Below, in pieces: positions 52,171-62,962 of a DNA stretch of 64,000 nucleotides. Under the pieces are notes generated by a model. It was not told the DNA's origin, ran no database searches, and was given only the letters and a program-made list of their open reading frames with translations. The DNA lies in contig OZ242010.1 in the NCBI GenBank assembly GCA_965204745.1, positions 1 to 64,000 of the forward strand, read 5' to 3'. This DNA comes from Candidatus Latescibacterota bacterium (lineage in GTDB: Bacteria > Latescibacterota > UBA2968). How positions within the stretch are numbered: position 1 is the stretch's first letter; each line of letters starts with the position of its first letter. A program made the translations under genes and the position numbers.

Positions 52171-54749
52171 ATGGCGGATAAGTTTTTGTATGAGACGCTC
52201 GATTCTGTTTCTCAAATGGGATTGTTGCCAACAGAAATCCCCGATTATCTCCGGGATAATCTGAATCCCCAATTCGAGTTGCGGCCCTATCAGGAAGAAG
52301 GGTTTGCGCGTTTTTTTTATTGTCTTGCCAATGATTTTCCGGGCAAAGAACGCCCGCTGCATTTTCTGTTCAACATGGCGACGGGCAGTGGCAAGACCTT
52401 GATGATGGCCGGATTGATTCTCTATCTGTATGAAAAGGGGTATCGCAATTTTCTGTTCTTCGTCAACTCGACCAACATCATCGAAAAGACGCGGGACAAT
52501 TTTCTCAATCCCGTCAGCATCAAATATCTGTTCGATGAGGACATCCACATTGCCGCCAGCCGGGTGCGAATCGCGCCTGTGGAAAACTTCGAGGCGGTTA
52601 ATCCCAACGACATCAACCTTTCCTTTACCACCATTCAAAAACTCCATTCTGACCTGACGACCGAGAAAGAAAATGCCATTACGTATGAAGACTTTCGCAA
52701 GCACGAGATGGTGTTGATCGCCGATGAAGCGCATCACATGAACGTCGCGACCAAGTCTCAGCGGGAGATGTTCGAGAGTTGGGAGAATACTGTCGAGCGC
52801 ATTTTCAAGCAAAACGAGAATAATATTTTGTTGGAATTCACCGCCACGCACGATTACGAAACCCCCGCGATGGTGGAAAAATACCGCAACAAGGTGTTGT
52901 ATCGCTACGACTTGCTCCAATTCCGCAACGACCGGTTTTCAAAGGATGTGGTCATTGTGCAATCGGATTTCGACTTGGACGCGCGCGTCCTTCAAGCGCT
53001 GATTCTCAGCCAGTACAAGCAGGAAGTGGCGGCGAAATACCTCATCGATCTCAAGCCCGTCATTCTGTTCAAAGCACAGCGCACGATAGCCCAATCGCGG
53101 GCGAACAAAGCCGACTTTCACAAACTCGTCAATGGCCTCACGGCTGCGGACATCGCCCGGATTCGCAATTCAAACATCCCGCTCGTTCAGCGGGCATTTC
53201 GCTTTTTTGACGACCACAACATCAAAGACGCGCAGTTGGCAGAACGCCTGAAGCGAGAATTTCGGGAAGACTTCTGCCTCTCGGTCAACGAGGAAAAGAA
53301 AAGGAAAATCATCAGATTTTGGTCAATACCCTCGAAGACCGCAACAACCGCATTCGCGCTGTTTTTGCGGTGCAAAAGCTCAACGAAGGGTGGGATGTGC
53401 TCAATTTGTTCGACATTGTCCGCTGTTATGAAGCACGCGATTCCGGGAAGAATAAAATCGGGCGAACGACCATGTCCGAGGCGCAACTCATCGGGCGCGG
53501 GGCGCGGTATTTTCCCTACGTCTTGCCGCACAACGCGGACCGTTTTCGCCGCAAGTTCGACGGCGATCTCGACAATGAATTGCGCGTGCTAGAAGAATTG
53601 CACTATCACAGCATCAACGATTCGCGTTACATCGCCGAAATTCGCAAAGCGCTGATCGAAGAAGGCATGCTGGACGCGCGCGAAGTGACGCGCCACCTCG
53701 CGCTCAAAGACTCGTTTAAGCAAACCGCTTTCTACAAACGCGGCGTGGTTTGGTTCAATGACCGCCGCGCCAAAAATTACCCGCATGTGCAATCGTTTGC
53801 CGATTTGGGCGTGCAAAACCGAAATTACGTCCACGTCATTGCCACGGGGCGCGGCGGCGCGCAATCCGTTTTGGCAACGGGGCAAGAGGTGGCGCAAGAC
53901 GAAACCCGGCAGGATGTGAAGGTCTGCGCCCATGAGCGCAACCTCGTTCAATCTGCCATTGCGCGCAATCCGTTCTTTACCTTTGCGTCGCTCAAACGCT
54001 ATTTTCCCAATCTCGCATCCATGCGCGATTTTGTGGTTTCTGAGGATTATCTCGGCGGCTTGGAAATCACGTATCAAGGCAATGTCTATGGGTTGGATGA
54101 GAACCGCGCTGAAAAACGCGCTGCCGTGTCGGGGTTGTTGCGTCAAGTCGAAGCCGAAATTCGCCAGTGCGCGACCAAATACGAAGGGTCACGAGAGTTC
54201 AGGCACAGTTGGGTGCGCGAAGTCTTTGGGGATAAGGTGTTGAAATTTAACGCTCAAAATCCCCTCGCTGCGGAAGACGCGCAATTTGAACATTTCGTCT
54301 CGGCCAAAGACTGGTTTGCCTGCAACACGATTTACGGCACCAGCGAAGAAAAGGCGTTTGTGCGGATGCTGGACAGGCAAATGCAGAAATTACAGCGCGA
54401 TTACGACGAGATCTATTTGCTTCGCAACGAAGGGCATTTCGAGATTTACAATTTTGACGACGGGCGAGCCTTTCAACCGGATTTTGTCCTGTTCCTGCGC
54501 GAAAAGGATGGCGACTTGTCGGTGTATCAACTTTTTGTGGAACCCAAAGGCAAGCATTTGGGCGAGCGCGACCGCTGGAAGGAAACCTTTTTGAAAGCGA
54601 TCACCGCCGAGGTTGGCGGCAAGCCCCTGACATTTGAAAACAAAAAATACCGTTTGATCGGCGTGCCGTTCTACAACAACGAAGACGAGAACCGATTTCG
54701 GGACAACTTGTTTGAGGCGTTGACCGCGAAAACGGAACGGAGTATTTAA
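52171..54749 (+). CDS. res: Type III R-M restriction subunit; one -1 frameshift near 53295
   Basis: LRPYQ, NMATGSGKT, DEAH, FTAT in the first ORF; LNEGWDV, QLIGRGAR, FQPDF...VEPKG in the second. Confidence 0.88.
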
Positions 54750-54754
54750 TCTAT

Positions 54755-54820
54755 GTTGGAGGTCGTCAAGTACGCCGCGTGAGTGTATCATCGGGCGCGA
54801 CAACGGAAAGGAGAGGGCGA
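54755..54820 (+). repeat. 66-bp direct repeat, right copy
   Basis: 63/66 identical to 50093-50158. Confidence 0.93.
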
Positions 54821-54920
54821 TGACGAGGCAGGCGTATTTGGCGGAGATTAGCCGACGCGGGAGATGGTGGAGACACGGACAGTTTCGGCACGCTCAAGAA
54901 AGTGCGGCGATTGGAAATGA

Positions 54921-55916
54921 TCATCCATCAACTCGGTGAGGGCCAAGGAATTTCTCGCCATCGAAATGAATTATATGAGAAGGTTCGTCGGCAAGCCATA
55001 CTTCTGTTTCCCAACTTATCTCTACGATCCATTTTCTAAATTCCTCACGGTTCTGAAAAACACTGACGAATATCCTGCCTGCCCGGCACCTCGCAGTTAA
55101 GCGTTCCAAGTCCAAATGTCTTAATTTGCTGATTGGATTGGATGAATGGACTGCTTCGATCAAAAGAATCCAGTTTTTCTCTGGGTCGTAGGCTACGACA
55201 TCTGGCAGTAGATCGTGATTTAGATCAAAAAATCCCAACGTTTGCAAGCGTTCTTCCTGTTTGAAAAGTTGTTTTTTTATGGTATCACCCAAGTATAAAA
55301 TCTCAGAGCCAGGAGCAAAACGAGGCAAAAATTCTTCAACGATGGCCTTTTGGAGAATATTGTGGGGACCTGAAGTTAGAGATAGCTCTTGTCCTGTTGG
55401 AAATTTCACCGGTATCATTGTTCTTTGGCGATCTCTTTGTAGTCTTTTACGCAGTTCTCCACATTCAGACTTAAACCGATTGACGCACTCTTCCCATTCA
55501 AAATTTCCAAATTGGTGTAAGAGATCCAGGCCAATCTGTGATACAGCATATCGGCGAGTGGGATTATTTGTATTGGCATTTGGATCGTGGGCACTACGCA
55601 AAACCAATCCCGCTTCAACCAAATAAACGAGATTTTTTCGCCTGACGTCATCATAGGATCCCGGCGAGAGATTCAATCCGTAAAACTTATTCCAAAATCC
55701 GATAATATCTCGGGTTCGCAGCGCGTAGCCATTCCCATCCCCATGTATTTTTGCTTCCTCCCATTTCGACGAGGGTTTTATATCTGCCACTGCAAGCAAT
55801 GTAAGCGCGAGGCGGTCTTGTCGCAGTTCAGTTTTTAACTCACCTTCCCCAAGTGGGATACCTATTGCTCGGAGAATTGTGCGGGCTTCTGATATTTTGA
55901 TTTGAATGGAGGTCAT
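54921..55916 (-). CDS. Type II restriction endonuclease, BsuBI/PstI family
   Basis: GPHN.LQKAIVEEFLPRFAPG, LPDVV, LIEAVHS, ISWETEVW.ADEP.H.IHFDG. Confidence 0.9.
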   Translation of the reverse strand: MTSIQIKISEARTILRAIGIPLGEGELKTELRQDRLALTLLAVADIKPSSKWEEAKIHGDGNGYALRTRDIIGFWNKFYGLNLSPGSYDDVRRKNLVYLVEAGLVLRSAHDPNANTNNPTRRYAVSQIGLDLLHQFGNFEWEECVNRFKSECGELRKRLQRDRQRTMIPVKFPTGQELSLTSGPHNILQKAIVEEFLPRFAPGSEILYLGDTIKKQLFKQEERLQTLGFFDLNHDLLPDVVAYDPEKNWILLIEAVHSSNPISKLRHLDLERLTARCRAGRIFVSVFQNREEFRKWIVEISWETEVWLADEPSHIIHFDGEKFLGPHRVDG

Positions 55917-56971
55917 GATAATTTTTTCAGATCGAATATCTCGAGTTGAGAGGATTTTGGGTATTTTCGCTTGACGCGGTTAATATCATCTCGTGAAAGT
56001 TCAGGGCCGTAATAACACTTTTGAATTTCCATTGCCAATGCCTTTGCGAGCAAAGGCGGTACAGCATTGCCCACTTGGTTGAATTGGCTGCCTTCACTCC
56101 CACAAAACTGAAACCAGTCGGGAAAACTTTGCAATCGGGCACTTTCTCTTATACTGAGCCGCCTGCGTCTTCCGTCTTTTAGTTTAATACGCATCATATC
56201 GCCCGTAGCCCCATGTAAATTTCGACATGTTATCGTTCTTGCGGGTTGGTTGAGATGAAGATCTCGAGGGCGAATACACTGAGATGCGCGTTCGTAATTT
56301 GCAACGTATTTGTCCATGTTTGGGGTTAGAAATTTGGCGTTCTCGGGGATATGATAAGCGAGTTTCTCCAGTGCTTCTCCAGCAGTAACGGGAGAAAAAA
56401 AAGTACCTTTTGGAAAACGCCAATGTCCTCGATGTGCAATGACAAAAAGTCTTTCTCTTTTTTGTGGAACGCCGAAATGGATGGCTTGTAAAATTTGAGA
56501 TTCCACAATATATCCAAGATTTGCTAAGTATTGGGTAATCTGAAAAAAATAATGGTGACCTTTATAGAGCATCCCTCTGACATTCTCAAACATAGCTATT
56601 TGGGGTCTATATCGTTCAACACACGCGAGAAAAACGGGAAATCCATCTCTTGGATCATTGCGCCCCATTTGAAGCCCTCCAACGCTAAATGGCTGGCAAG
56701 GAGGCCCCCCAATAACAATATCGGGTACGACTTTTAAGTCTGTTTCTTCTGAAAGGCGGACACAATGACAATCTCCATGAAGATTTGCAACATAAGTTTC
56801 ACAAGCGTCTTTTGCCATTTCAAAGCCAATCGTTTGAAAACCCACAGCTTCAAATCCAAGTGCCAGTCCACCGCAACCAGCAAATAGATCGACAACGATG
56901 GGTGCTGTACTGTCGGGTTTTTGGGGCGTGAGTTCTCTGTTCAAATAGTCTGAAAATTTAATGAAATCCAT
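55913..56971 (-). CDS. DNA (cytosine-5) methyltransferase
   Basis: DLFAGCGG, GGPPCQPFS, ENV, Q.RER, RLQSFPD, QVGNAVPP; overlaps the REase start. Confidence 0.95.
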   Translation of the reverse strand: MDFIKFSDYLNRELTPQKPDSTAPIVVDLFAGCGGLALGFEAVGFQTIGFEMAKDACETYVANLHGDCHCVRLSEETDLKVVPDIVIGGPPCQPFSVGGLQMGRNDPRDGFPVFLACVERYRPQIAMFENVRGMLYKGHHYFFQITQYLANLGYIVESQILQAIHFGVPQKRERLFVIAHRGHWRFPKGTFFSPVTAGEALEKLAYHIPENAKFLTPNMDKYVANYERASQCIRPRDLHLNQPARTITCRNLHGATGDMMRIKLKDGRRRRLSIRESARLQSFPDWFQFCGSEGSQFNQVGNAVPPLLAKALAMEIQKCYYGPELSRDDINRVKRKYPKSSQLEIFDLKKLS

Positions 56972-57104
56972 AATTGACTCACATGATGGGAAACTGCAAA
57001 ATTCTGAATGTAGATTTGTGCAAAATATAATATCAAATGCTACGCTGTGCAAATGGGCAATACGCAGTTGCAACGATCCATTGCCTTACAGATAGGAGGA
57101 TGCG

Positions 57105-57875
57105 ATGACGGCAGAGGAGAAGTTCACATTTGATCTCGACGGGTATTTGGTGATCAAAGATGTGTTGAGCCGCGAGGAGGTGGCGGTTCTCAATGCGGTG
57201 GCGGATCGGGAATTTCCCAGGGATTACGCGGATGCGGAAGCTGATGGGGCCTTCGGCAATGCCAATGGGGTGCGCCGCGCGCCGAGTGTTGTGGAGTGGG
57301 ATGTGGCGTGTCGGAATTTGATCGATCATCCAAAGGTGTTGCCCTATCTCGTGGCATTGCTCGGGCCGAAGTTCCGCTTGGATCACGATTACGCCATTTT
57401 TATGACGAAGAATGGAAAGCGCGGGAGTTTGCACGGGGGCAAGCCGGATTTGTTCCACCACTATTACAAATACCACGATGGCACGATGCAGTGCGGCTTG
57501 TCGGTCTTGACCTATTTGTTGTCGGATGCCGATGCGGGCGATGGCGGGTTTGCGTGCGTGCGGGGCAGCCACAAGAGCAATTTCAGGATGGATTTGCCGC
57601 GCGATGTACAGCGGTTTGAGCGGGTTCCGCACTATGTTGTCCAGCCGCCGGCAAAAGCGGGAGATGCGATCTTTTTTACCGAAGCGTTGATCCACGGCAC
57701 GCTGCCCTGGCGGGCCGATCACGAGCGCAAGGTGTTGCTCTACAAATACGGACCTGGGCATTTGATTTCCGCGCCAAAGGGGTACGACGGTTCGGCTTAC
57801 AAAGGGCTGACCGAACGCCAAAAGCGCGTTCTGCTACCGCCCGGAGTACACGATAGGCCGGATGTGTTGGGGTGA
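57105..57875 (+). CDS. Phytanoyl-CoA dioxygenase family protein
   Basis: FDLDGYLVIKDVL, GSHK, AGDAIFF..ALIHG, R. Confidence 0.85.
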   Translation: MTAEEKFTFDLDGYLVIKDVLSREEVAVLNAVADREFPRDYADAEADGAFGNANGVRRAPSVVEWDVACRNLIDHPKVLPYLVALLGPKFRLDHDYAIFMTKNGKRGSLHGGKPDLFHHYYKYHDGTMQCGLSVLTYLLSDADAGDGGFACVRGSHKSNFRMDLPRDVQRFERVPHYVVQPPAKAGDAIFFTEALIHGTLPWRADHERKVLLYKYGPGHLISAPKGYDGSAYKGLTERQKRVLLPPGVHDRPDVLG

Positions 57876-57930
57876 GTTGTAGATGCGGTGGGGCGGCCTG
57901 ACCGCTGACCACTTGGCGCCGTTTCTCCCG

Positions 57931-57989
57931 TCTTGCCTCTTACCTCTTGCCTCTTGCCTCTTGCCTCTTACCTCTTACCTCTTACCTCT
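57931..57989. repeat. Heptamer tract (cctcttg/cctctta)n
   Basis: About 8 copies, complement of the 40097-40164 tract. Confidence 0.85.
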
Positions 57990-58016
57990 CCCGTCTTACC
58001 GAAGGGTCCATTTGAC

Positions 58017-59885
58017 ATGACAAAGACACGGCGATTGACGATGGCGCAGGCGATAGTGCGGTTTTTGAAGGCGCAGTACGTCTCGCGCGATGGGATGGAG
58101 CAACCCTTTTTTGCCGGGATGTCGGGCATTTTTGGGCATGGGAATGTGGCCGGAATCGGGCAGGCATTGCATCAATACCGCGACGAGTTTCGGTATTACC
58201 AAACGCGCAATGAACAGGCGATGGTGCATACGGCAGCGGCGTACGCGAAGATGAAAAACCGCTTGGGCACCTTGGCGTGTACCGCGTCAATTGGCCCGGG
58301 CGCGACCAATATGGTGACGGGCGCGGCGACCGCGACGATCAACCGGTTGCCGGTGTTGTTGTTGCCGGGGGATATTTTTGCCCGACGCAATGTCGCGCCG
58401 GTATTGCAGCAGTTGGAGTCCAATGCGTCTCAGGATATTTCCGTGAACGATTGTTTTGAGCCAGTGTCCCGGTACTGGGATCGGTTGAATCGAGCGGATC
58501 AAGCTATTGTCGCGTTGCCCGAGGCCATGCGGGTTTTGACGTCGCCGGTTGAGACGGGCGCGGTGACGCTGTGTTGTCCGCAAGACGTGCAGACCGAGGC
58601 GTTTGATTATCCCGACCAGTTGTTTGAAAAGCGCGTGTGGGTGGTGCCGCGCAACCGGGCGGATCGCGATTTGGTGGCAAAAGCCGCATCGTGGATTCGG
58701 GCGAGCAAGTGCCCGATGGCACTCGCGGGCGGCGGGGTGCTCTATAGCGAGGCGAGCGACGCGCTGGCAACATTTGTGGCGCAGACGGGCATTCCACTAG
58801 GCGAGACGCAAGCGGGCAAGGGATCGCTCAATTACGACCACGCGCACAATTTGGGCGCGGTGGGGGTGACGGGCACGCCGGGCGCGAATGCCATCGCCCA
58901 CGAGGCGGATTTGGTGATCGCGATTGGCACGCGCTTAAGCGATTTTACGACCGCGTCCAAGACGGCGTTTCAAAATCCCGATGTGAAATTCATCGCGGTG
59001 AATGTGGCGGAATTTGACGCGGGCAAACACGGCGCGCTGCCATTGGTGGGCGATGCGCGCGTGGTGCTCGAGGAACTCGCCGAAGCGGTGCAGGGGTATC
59101 GCGTGCCGCGGGATTTGACGCAGCGAGTTGCGACATTTCAGGCCGCGTGGGAGACCGAGGTCGAGCGCGTTTACAATTTGGGACACCGCCCCATTTTGAG
59201 CCAAGGGGAGGTGATCGGCGCGGTGAACGAAGGCTCTGCGCCCGAGGATGTGATGGTGTGCGCCGCGGGCAGCCTGCCGGGGGATTTGCACAAGTTGTGG
59301 CGCGCACGCGATCCCAAGGGCTACCACCTCGAGTACGGGTATTCTTGCATGGGCTACGAGATCGCCGGGGGCTTGGGGATTAAGATGGCGGATCCAGATC
59401 GGGAGGTGTACGTGATGGTGGGCGATGGGTCGTATTTGATGATGGCGCAGGAGATCGCGACGTCGGTGCAAGAGGGGCTGAAGCTGAATATCGTTTTGCT
59501 GGACAATCACGGGTTTGCGAGTATTGGGGGGTTGTCAGACGCGGTGGGCGCGCACGAGTTTGGCACGCACTACAAGATGCGCGATGCGCGAACCGGGCAG
59601 TTGGACGGGCCGCATGTGCCCACGGATTTGGCCGCAAATGCCGAGAGTTTGGGCGCGTACGTGTTGCGGCCCGAGGGCCGAGAGGGGTTGATGAAGGCGA
59701 TAGCAGAAGCGCGGCGCATAGATCGCACGACTGTGATCGCGGTGGAGGTAGATCGCGAGGTGCGCGTGCCGAGTTATGGGAGTTGGTGGGATGTGCCGGT
59801 TGCGGAAGTTTCGACTGTGGAAGCCGTGCAACAAGCGCGTGCGGAATTTGAACGCGCGGTGAAGCGAGAGCGGTATTTTTTTTGA
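58017..59885 (+). CDS. iolD: 3D-(3,5/4)-trihydroxycyclohexane-1,2-dione acylhydrolase
   Basis: RLTMAQA, IFGHGNVAG, RNEQAM, EYGYSCMGYEIAG, TPP motif GDGSY...DN, WWDVPV. Confidence 0.95.
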   Translation: MTKTRRLTMAQAIVRFLKAQYVSRDGMEQPFFAGMSGIFGHGNVAGIGQALHQYRDEFRYYQTRNEQAMVHTAAAYAKMKNRLGTLACTASIGPGATNMVTGAATATINRLPVLLLPGDIFARRNVAPVLQQLESNASQDISVNDCFEPVSRYWDRLNRADQAIVALPEAMRVLTSPVETGAVTLCCPQDVQTEAFDYPDQLFEKRVWVVPRNRADRDLVAKAASWIRASKCPMALAGGGVLYSEASDALATFVAQTGIPLGETQAGKGSLNYDHAHNLGAVGVTGTPGANAIAHEADLVIAIGTRLSDFTTASKTAFQNPDVKFIAVNVAEFDAGKHGALPLVGDARVVLEELAEAVQGYRVPRDLTQRVATFQAAWETEVERVYNLGHRPILSQGEVIGAVNEGSAPEDVMVCAAGSLPGDLHKLWRARDPKGYHLEYGYSCMGYEIAGGLGIKMADPDREVYVMVGDGSYLMMAQEIATSVQEGLKLNIVLLDNHGFASIGGLSDAVGAHEFGTHYKMRDARTGQLDGPHVPTDLAANAESLGAYVLRPEGREGLMKAIAEARRIDRTTVIAVEVDREVRVPSYGSWWDVPVAEVSTVEAVQQARAEFERAVKRERYFF

Positions 59886-59912
59886 TCTACAATTTACACA
59901 GCGAGGTGCGCG

Positions 59913-62462
59913 ATGACTATTCCTCCGTCTGAACATTTTGTTCCCGTGTCGCTGGCCGGGCATTACAATGTGGACCGCGGGCAGTTGGATGGGTTTTGGG
60001 GCGAGGAGTTGGGCGCGATGTACGGGAGGCAATCCGTTTTGGGCGTGCCGTTTGAACTGGGCGCGGCGGGCGAATCGAATGGGGTGTTGCTCGACCGGGA
60101 TGCGGTGCAGGTGGCTATGGGCGGCGCGATGGCGACCTATCTCTTGTTTTTGCACGCGGTTGAAAATCGCGTGACGTGTTATCAGGAGGGGTTGGCTGAT
60201 TTTTCCGTCGATGGCAATGAATTGGGCGATCACGTCTCGGATTACGCGATTCACTACGCGGATGGCGAGCGTGAGACGACGCGCATTTTGCGGCGGTTTG
60301 CGATTCAGCAACCCCATATTTCATGGGGGGCGAGCGCGTTTGCGGCCATGCCCGCGGCCAAACCCGTTGTCGTGATGGGCGCCACGGATGAACACGGCTT
60401 GGGGCGGCGGCCCGCGGCGGCGTATGGGCGTGCAGAGACGCGGCACAGTTCGGGCCGAGAGAGGGGCCGGGCAAAGCTGTGGGTGCATGCGTTGCCCAAT
60501 CCACATCCGCACAAGCCCATTCGAGAAGTGGTATTGACGCCGAAAACCGAGCGGTCCGTGGTGCTGGGGATCGCGCGTACGCAGGTGGCAGATCATCCGT
60601 TGCGCCCGGGCGTGTGCGAAAAATTGCGGTTGGATTTGCCGGCCGGGGCGCGCTTAAACGCCGTGGGCGAACTCGAGGATATCGACATCGATTTAGGCGT
60701 GGTCATGTCTGCGCGGGCCGCGTTGGATTACGATGCGGATCGCTGGTTGGGCGCAGAGGTGGATGTGCAACCCGAGCGGTCGTCTTCTGCGGTGATCGTG
60801 GAGTACATCGCCCACCCACAGGCCAAGTTGTACGTGGGGACAGACGCCGGGGAGAATGTGGGCTATGATCTGGCGCGGGCAGATGGGATCGCCGTGGTGC
60901 AACCCGCGCATCGCCCGGTCAAAATTCGCGTGGTGGAAAAGGGGACGGGATTACCGGTTGCGGTGCGGTTGCACATGCACGGGCAGGCCGGGGAGTATTT
61001 GCCGCCCAAGGGCTATCACCGCAGGGTGAACCCACACTGGTTTGAGGACAATTACGGGGAGCACGTCAATGGGCTGAATCAGTATTGTTATATCCCGGGC
61101 GAATGCGTGGCGGATTTGCCCCTGGGCGAGGTGTATGTCGATATTCAAAAGGGGTATGAGATCGCGCCTATCCGCGACGAGTTCACGGTGGGGCCGGATA
61201 CGGATGTGGTGACGTTTGAGATCGAGCGGGTGCTCAAGTGGCGAGAAAAGGGATGGGTGACAGCTGATACGCACGTGCATTTCCTAAGTCCGCAAACCGC
61301 GCGCTTGGAAGGCGAGGGCGAAGGCGTGAATGTGGTGAATTTGCTGGCGAGTCAGTGGGGGGAGATGTTTAGCAATGTGACGGATTTTGATGGGAAGACG
61401 ACTTTTGGCGCGAGGGATTTTGGCGGGGATGGCGAGTTTCTCGTGCGCGTGGGTACGGAGAATCGCATGCAGGTGCTCGGGCATATTTCCCTGTTGGGCT
61501 ATTCCGGGCAGATGATTCACCCCTTGTGTTCGGGCGGGCCATCGGAATCCGCATTGGGTGACGCGCAAGAGGTGACGATGGCCGAGTGGGCGCAGCAGTG
61601 CATCGATCAAGGCGGGTTGGTGGTGATGCCGCACGGGCCGAATCCGCAATGCGAGCGCGCGGCGGATATCGTGTTGGGCTTGATCCACGCGATAGAGATG
61701 ATGACGTTTAATCCGCACAATGCACAGATCAATCCCTATGGGATTGCGGATTGGTATCGGTATTTGAATTTGGGCTACCACATCCCGGTCGTGGGCGGGT
61801 CGGACAAGATGGCGGCCGCGTCTCAACTGGGCGGGGTGCGAACCTATACGCATTTGGGAGATCGCACATTTGACTATGAGAACTGGATGGCCGCGACCAA
61901 AGCCGGGCATACGTTTGTGACCGTGGGGCCGCTGGCAGATGTGCAGGTGGAAGGATACGCGCCCGGCTCACGGGTGCAGTTGCCCGCGTCTGGAGGGACG
62001 GTTGACGTGACGTGGCAGGTGGCGTCGGTGCGCTTACCCATCGATCAGGTCGAGGTGGTCGTGGGCGGGATAACGCACGATCAGGTCAATGTCAACAAGG
62101 CTCTGTCCGCGTCGGGAAGTGCAAGGGTGCGCGTGGAAAATTCGACGTGGATCGCCCTGCGCGTGCGCGGGAGTTACCGCGGGCAACACGGCGAGATCGC
62201 AGCGCATACGAGTGCCGTGCAGGTGATGGTGGAGGAAAAACCGATTTTTTCCCAAGCAGATGCGACGACGGTTTTGGAGCAGATCGAGGGCGCGATTGCC
62301 TATTTGGATACGCTCGCACCGCGGCCCGAGGCAACGCGCTTGAAGCAGATGCGCGCCACATTGGAAGCCGCGCACAACCGCTTGCACCAAGAGATGCACC
62401 GACACGGCATTTTTCACGACCACACGCCCCTGCACGCGCACGGACACGCACACGAGCATTAG
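59913..62462 (+). CDS. CehA/McbA-like (PHP-fold) metallohydrolase with His-rich tail
   Basis: GW..ADTHVH, GHI, GGSDKM, G.TFVT.GP. Confidence 0.75.
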   Translation: MTIPPSEHFVPVSLAGHYNVDRGQLDGFWGEELGAMYGRQSVLGVPFELGAAGESNGVLLDRDAVQVAMGGAMATYLLFLHAVENRVTCYQEGLADFSVDGNELGDHVSDYAIHYADGERETTRILRRFAIQQPHISWGASAFAAMPAAKPVVVMGATDEHGLGRRPAAAYGRAETRHSSGRERGRAKLWVHALPNPHPHKPIREVVLTPKTERSVVLGIARTQVADHPLRPGVCEKLRLDLPAGARLNAVGELEDIDIDLGVVMSARAALDYDADRWLGAEVDVQPERSSSAVIVEYIAHPQAKLYVGTDAGENVGYDLARADGIAVVQPAHRPVKIRVVEKGTGLPVAVRLHMHGQAGEYLPPKGYHRRVNPHWFEDNYGEHVNGLNQYCYIPGECVADLPLGEVYVDIQKGYEIAPIRDEFTVGPDTDVVTFEIERVLKWREKGWVTADTHVHFLSPQTARLEGEGEGVNVVNLLASQWGEMFSNVTDFDGKTTFGARDFGGDGEFLVRVGTENRMQVLGHISLLGYSGQMIHPLCSGGPSESALGDAQEVTMAEWAQQCIDQGGLVVMPHGPNPQCERAADIVLGLIHAIEMMTFNPHNAQINPYGIADWYRYLNLGYHIPVVGGSDKMAAASQLGGVRTYTHLGDRTFDYENWMAATKAGHTFVTVGPLADVQVEGYAPGSRVQLPASGGTVDVTWQVASVRLPIDQVEVVVGGITHDQVNVNKALSASGSARVRVENSTWIALRVRGSYRGQHGEIAAHTSAVQVMVEEKPIFSQADATTVLEQIEGAIAYLDTLAPRPEATRLKQMRATLEAAHNRLHQEMHRHGIFHDHTPLHAHGHAHEH

Positions 62463-62897
62463 GTCGTGTTGACATTTCATTTTTTTTCGTTAGGCACAGA
62501 TTAGCAAATGCGTTGCTTGCTGATTTAAGGCGTTTGGTCCTTTGATGGCTTCTCGCTCTGGTTGCTCGGACCTATCCCCCGGCCCCTTTCCTACGAGGAA
62601 AGGGGAGTAAAGCTCCTTTGATGGCTTCTCGCTCTGGTTGCTCTGATGGCGTTGCGCGAGGGCATAAAGCGATTAAATATCCCTCATCAATCCCCTCGCA
62701 AAACCGCTCACTGTTCCCCCCTTCCTCGCAGGAAGGGGGGTTAGGGGGGTAGGTCCCGATAAGGAGCGACTGTCCGAATTTCTCAAACCGAGAGCATATC
62801 CTGCGATAGGGCTTGATTTTCTCGATAGACCGCTCAAGCCAGTTGTACCCCGCTCGTGCCTTTTGTGCCTTTTGTGCCTTTTGTGCCTTTTGTGGCT
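62461..62897. repeat. Composite of family B ends, family A hairpins and (cttttgtgc)n 9-mers
   Basis: aggtcgtgttgacatt start; inverted family A unit ~62567-62616; family B distal part ~62761-62830; 9-mers ~62856-62897. Confidence 0.8.
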
Positions 62898-62962
62898 AAA
62901 CTGCCATCTCTCGTCTCGGATTGCCATAACATTATCGAAAATCAACCGAAAGGTTTTGTGAC

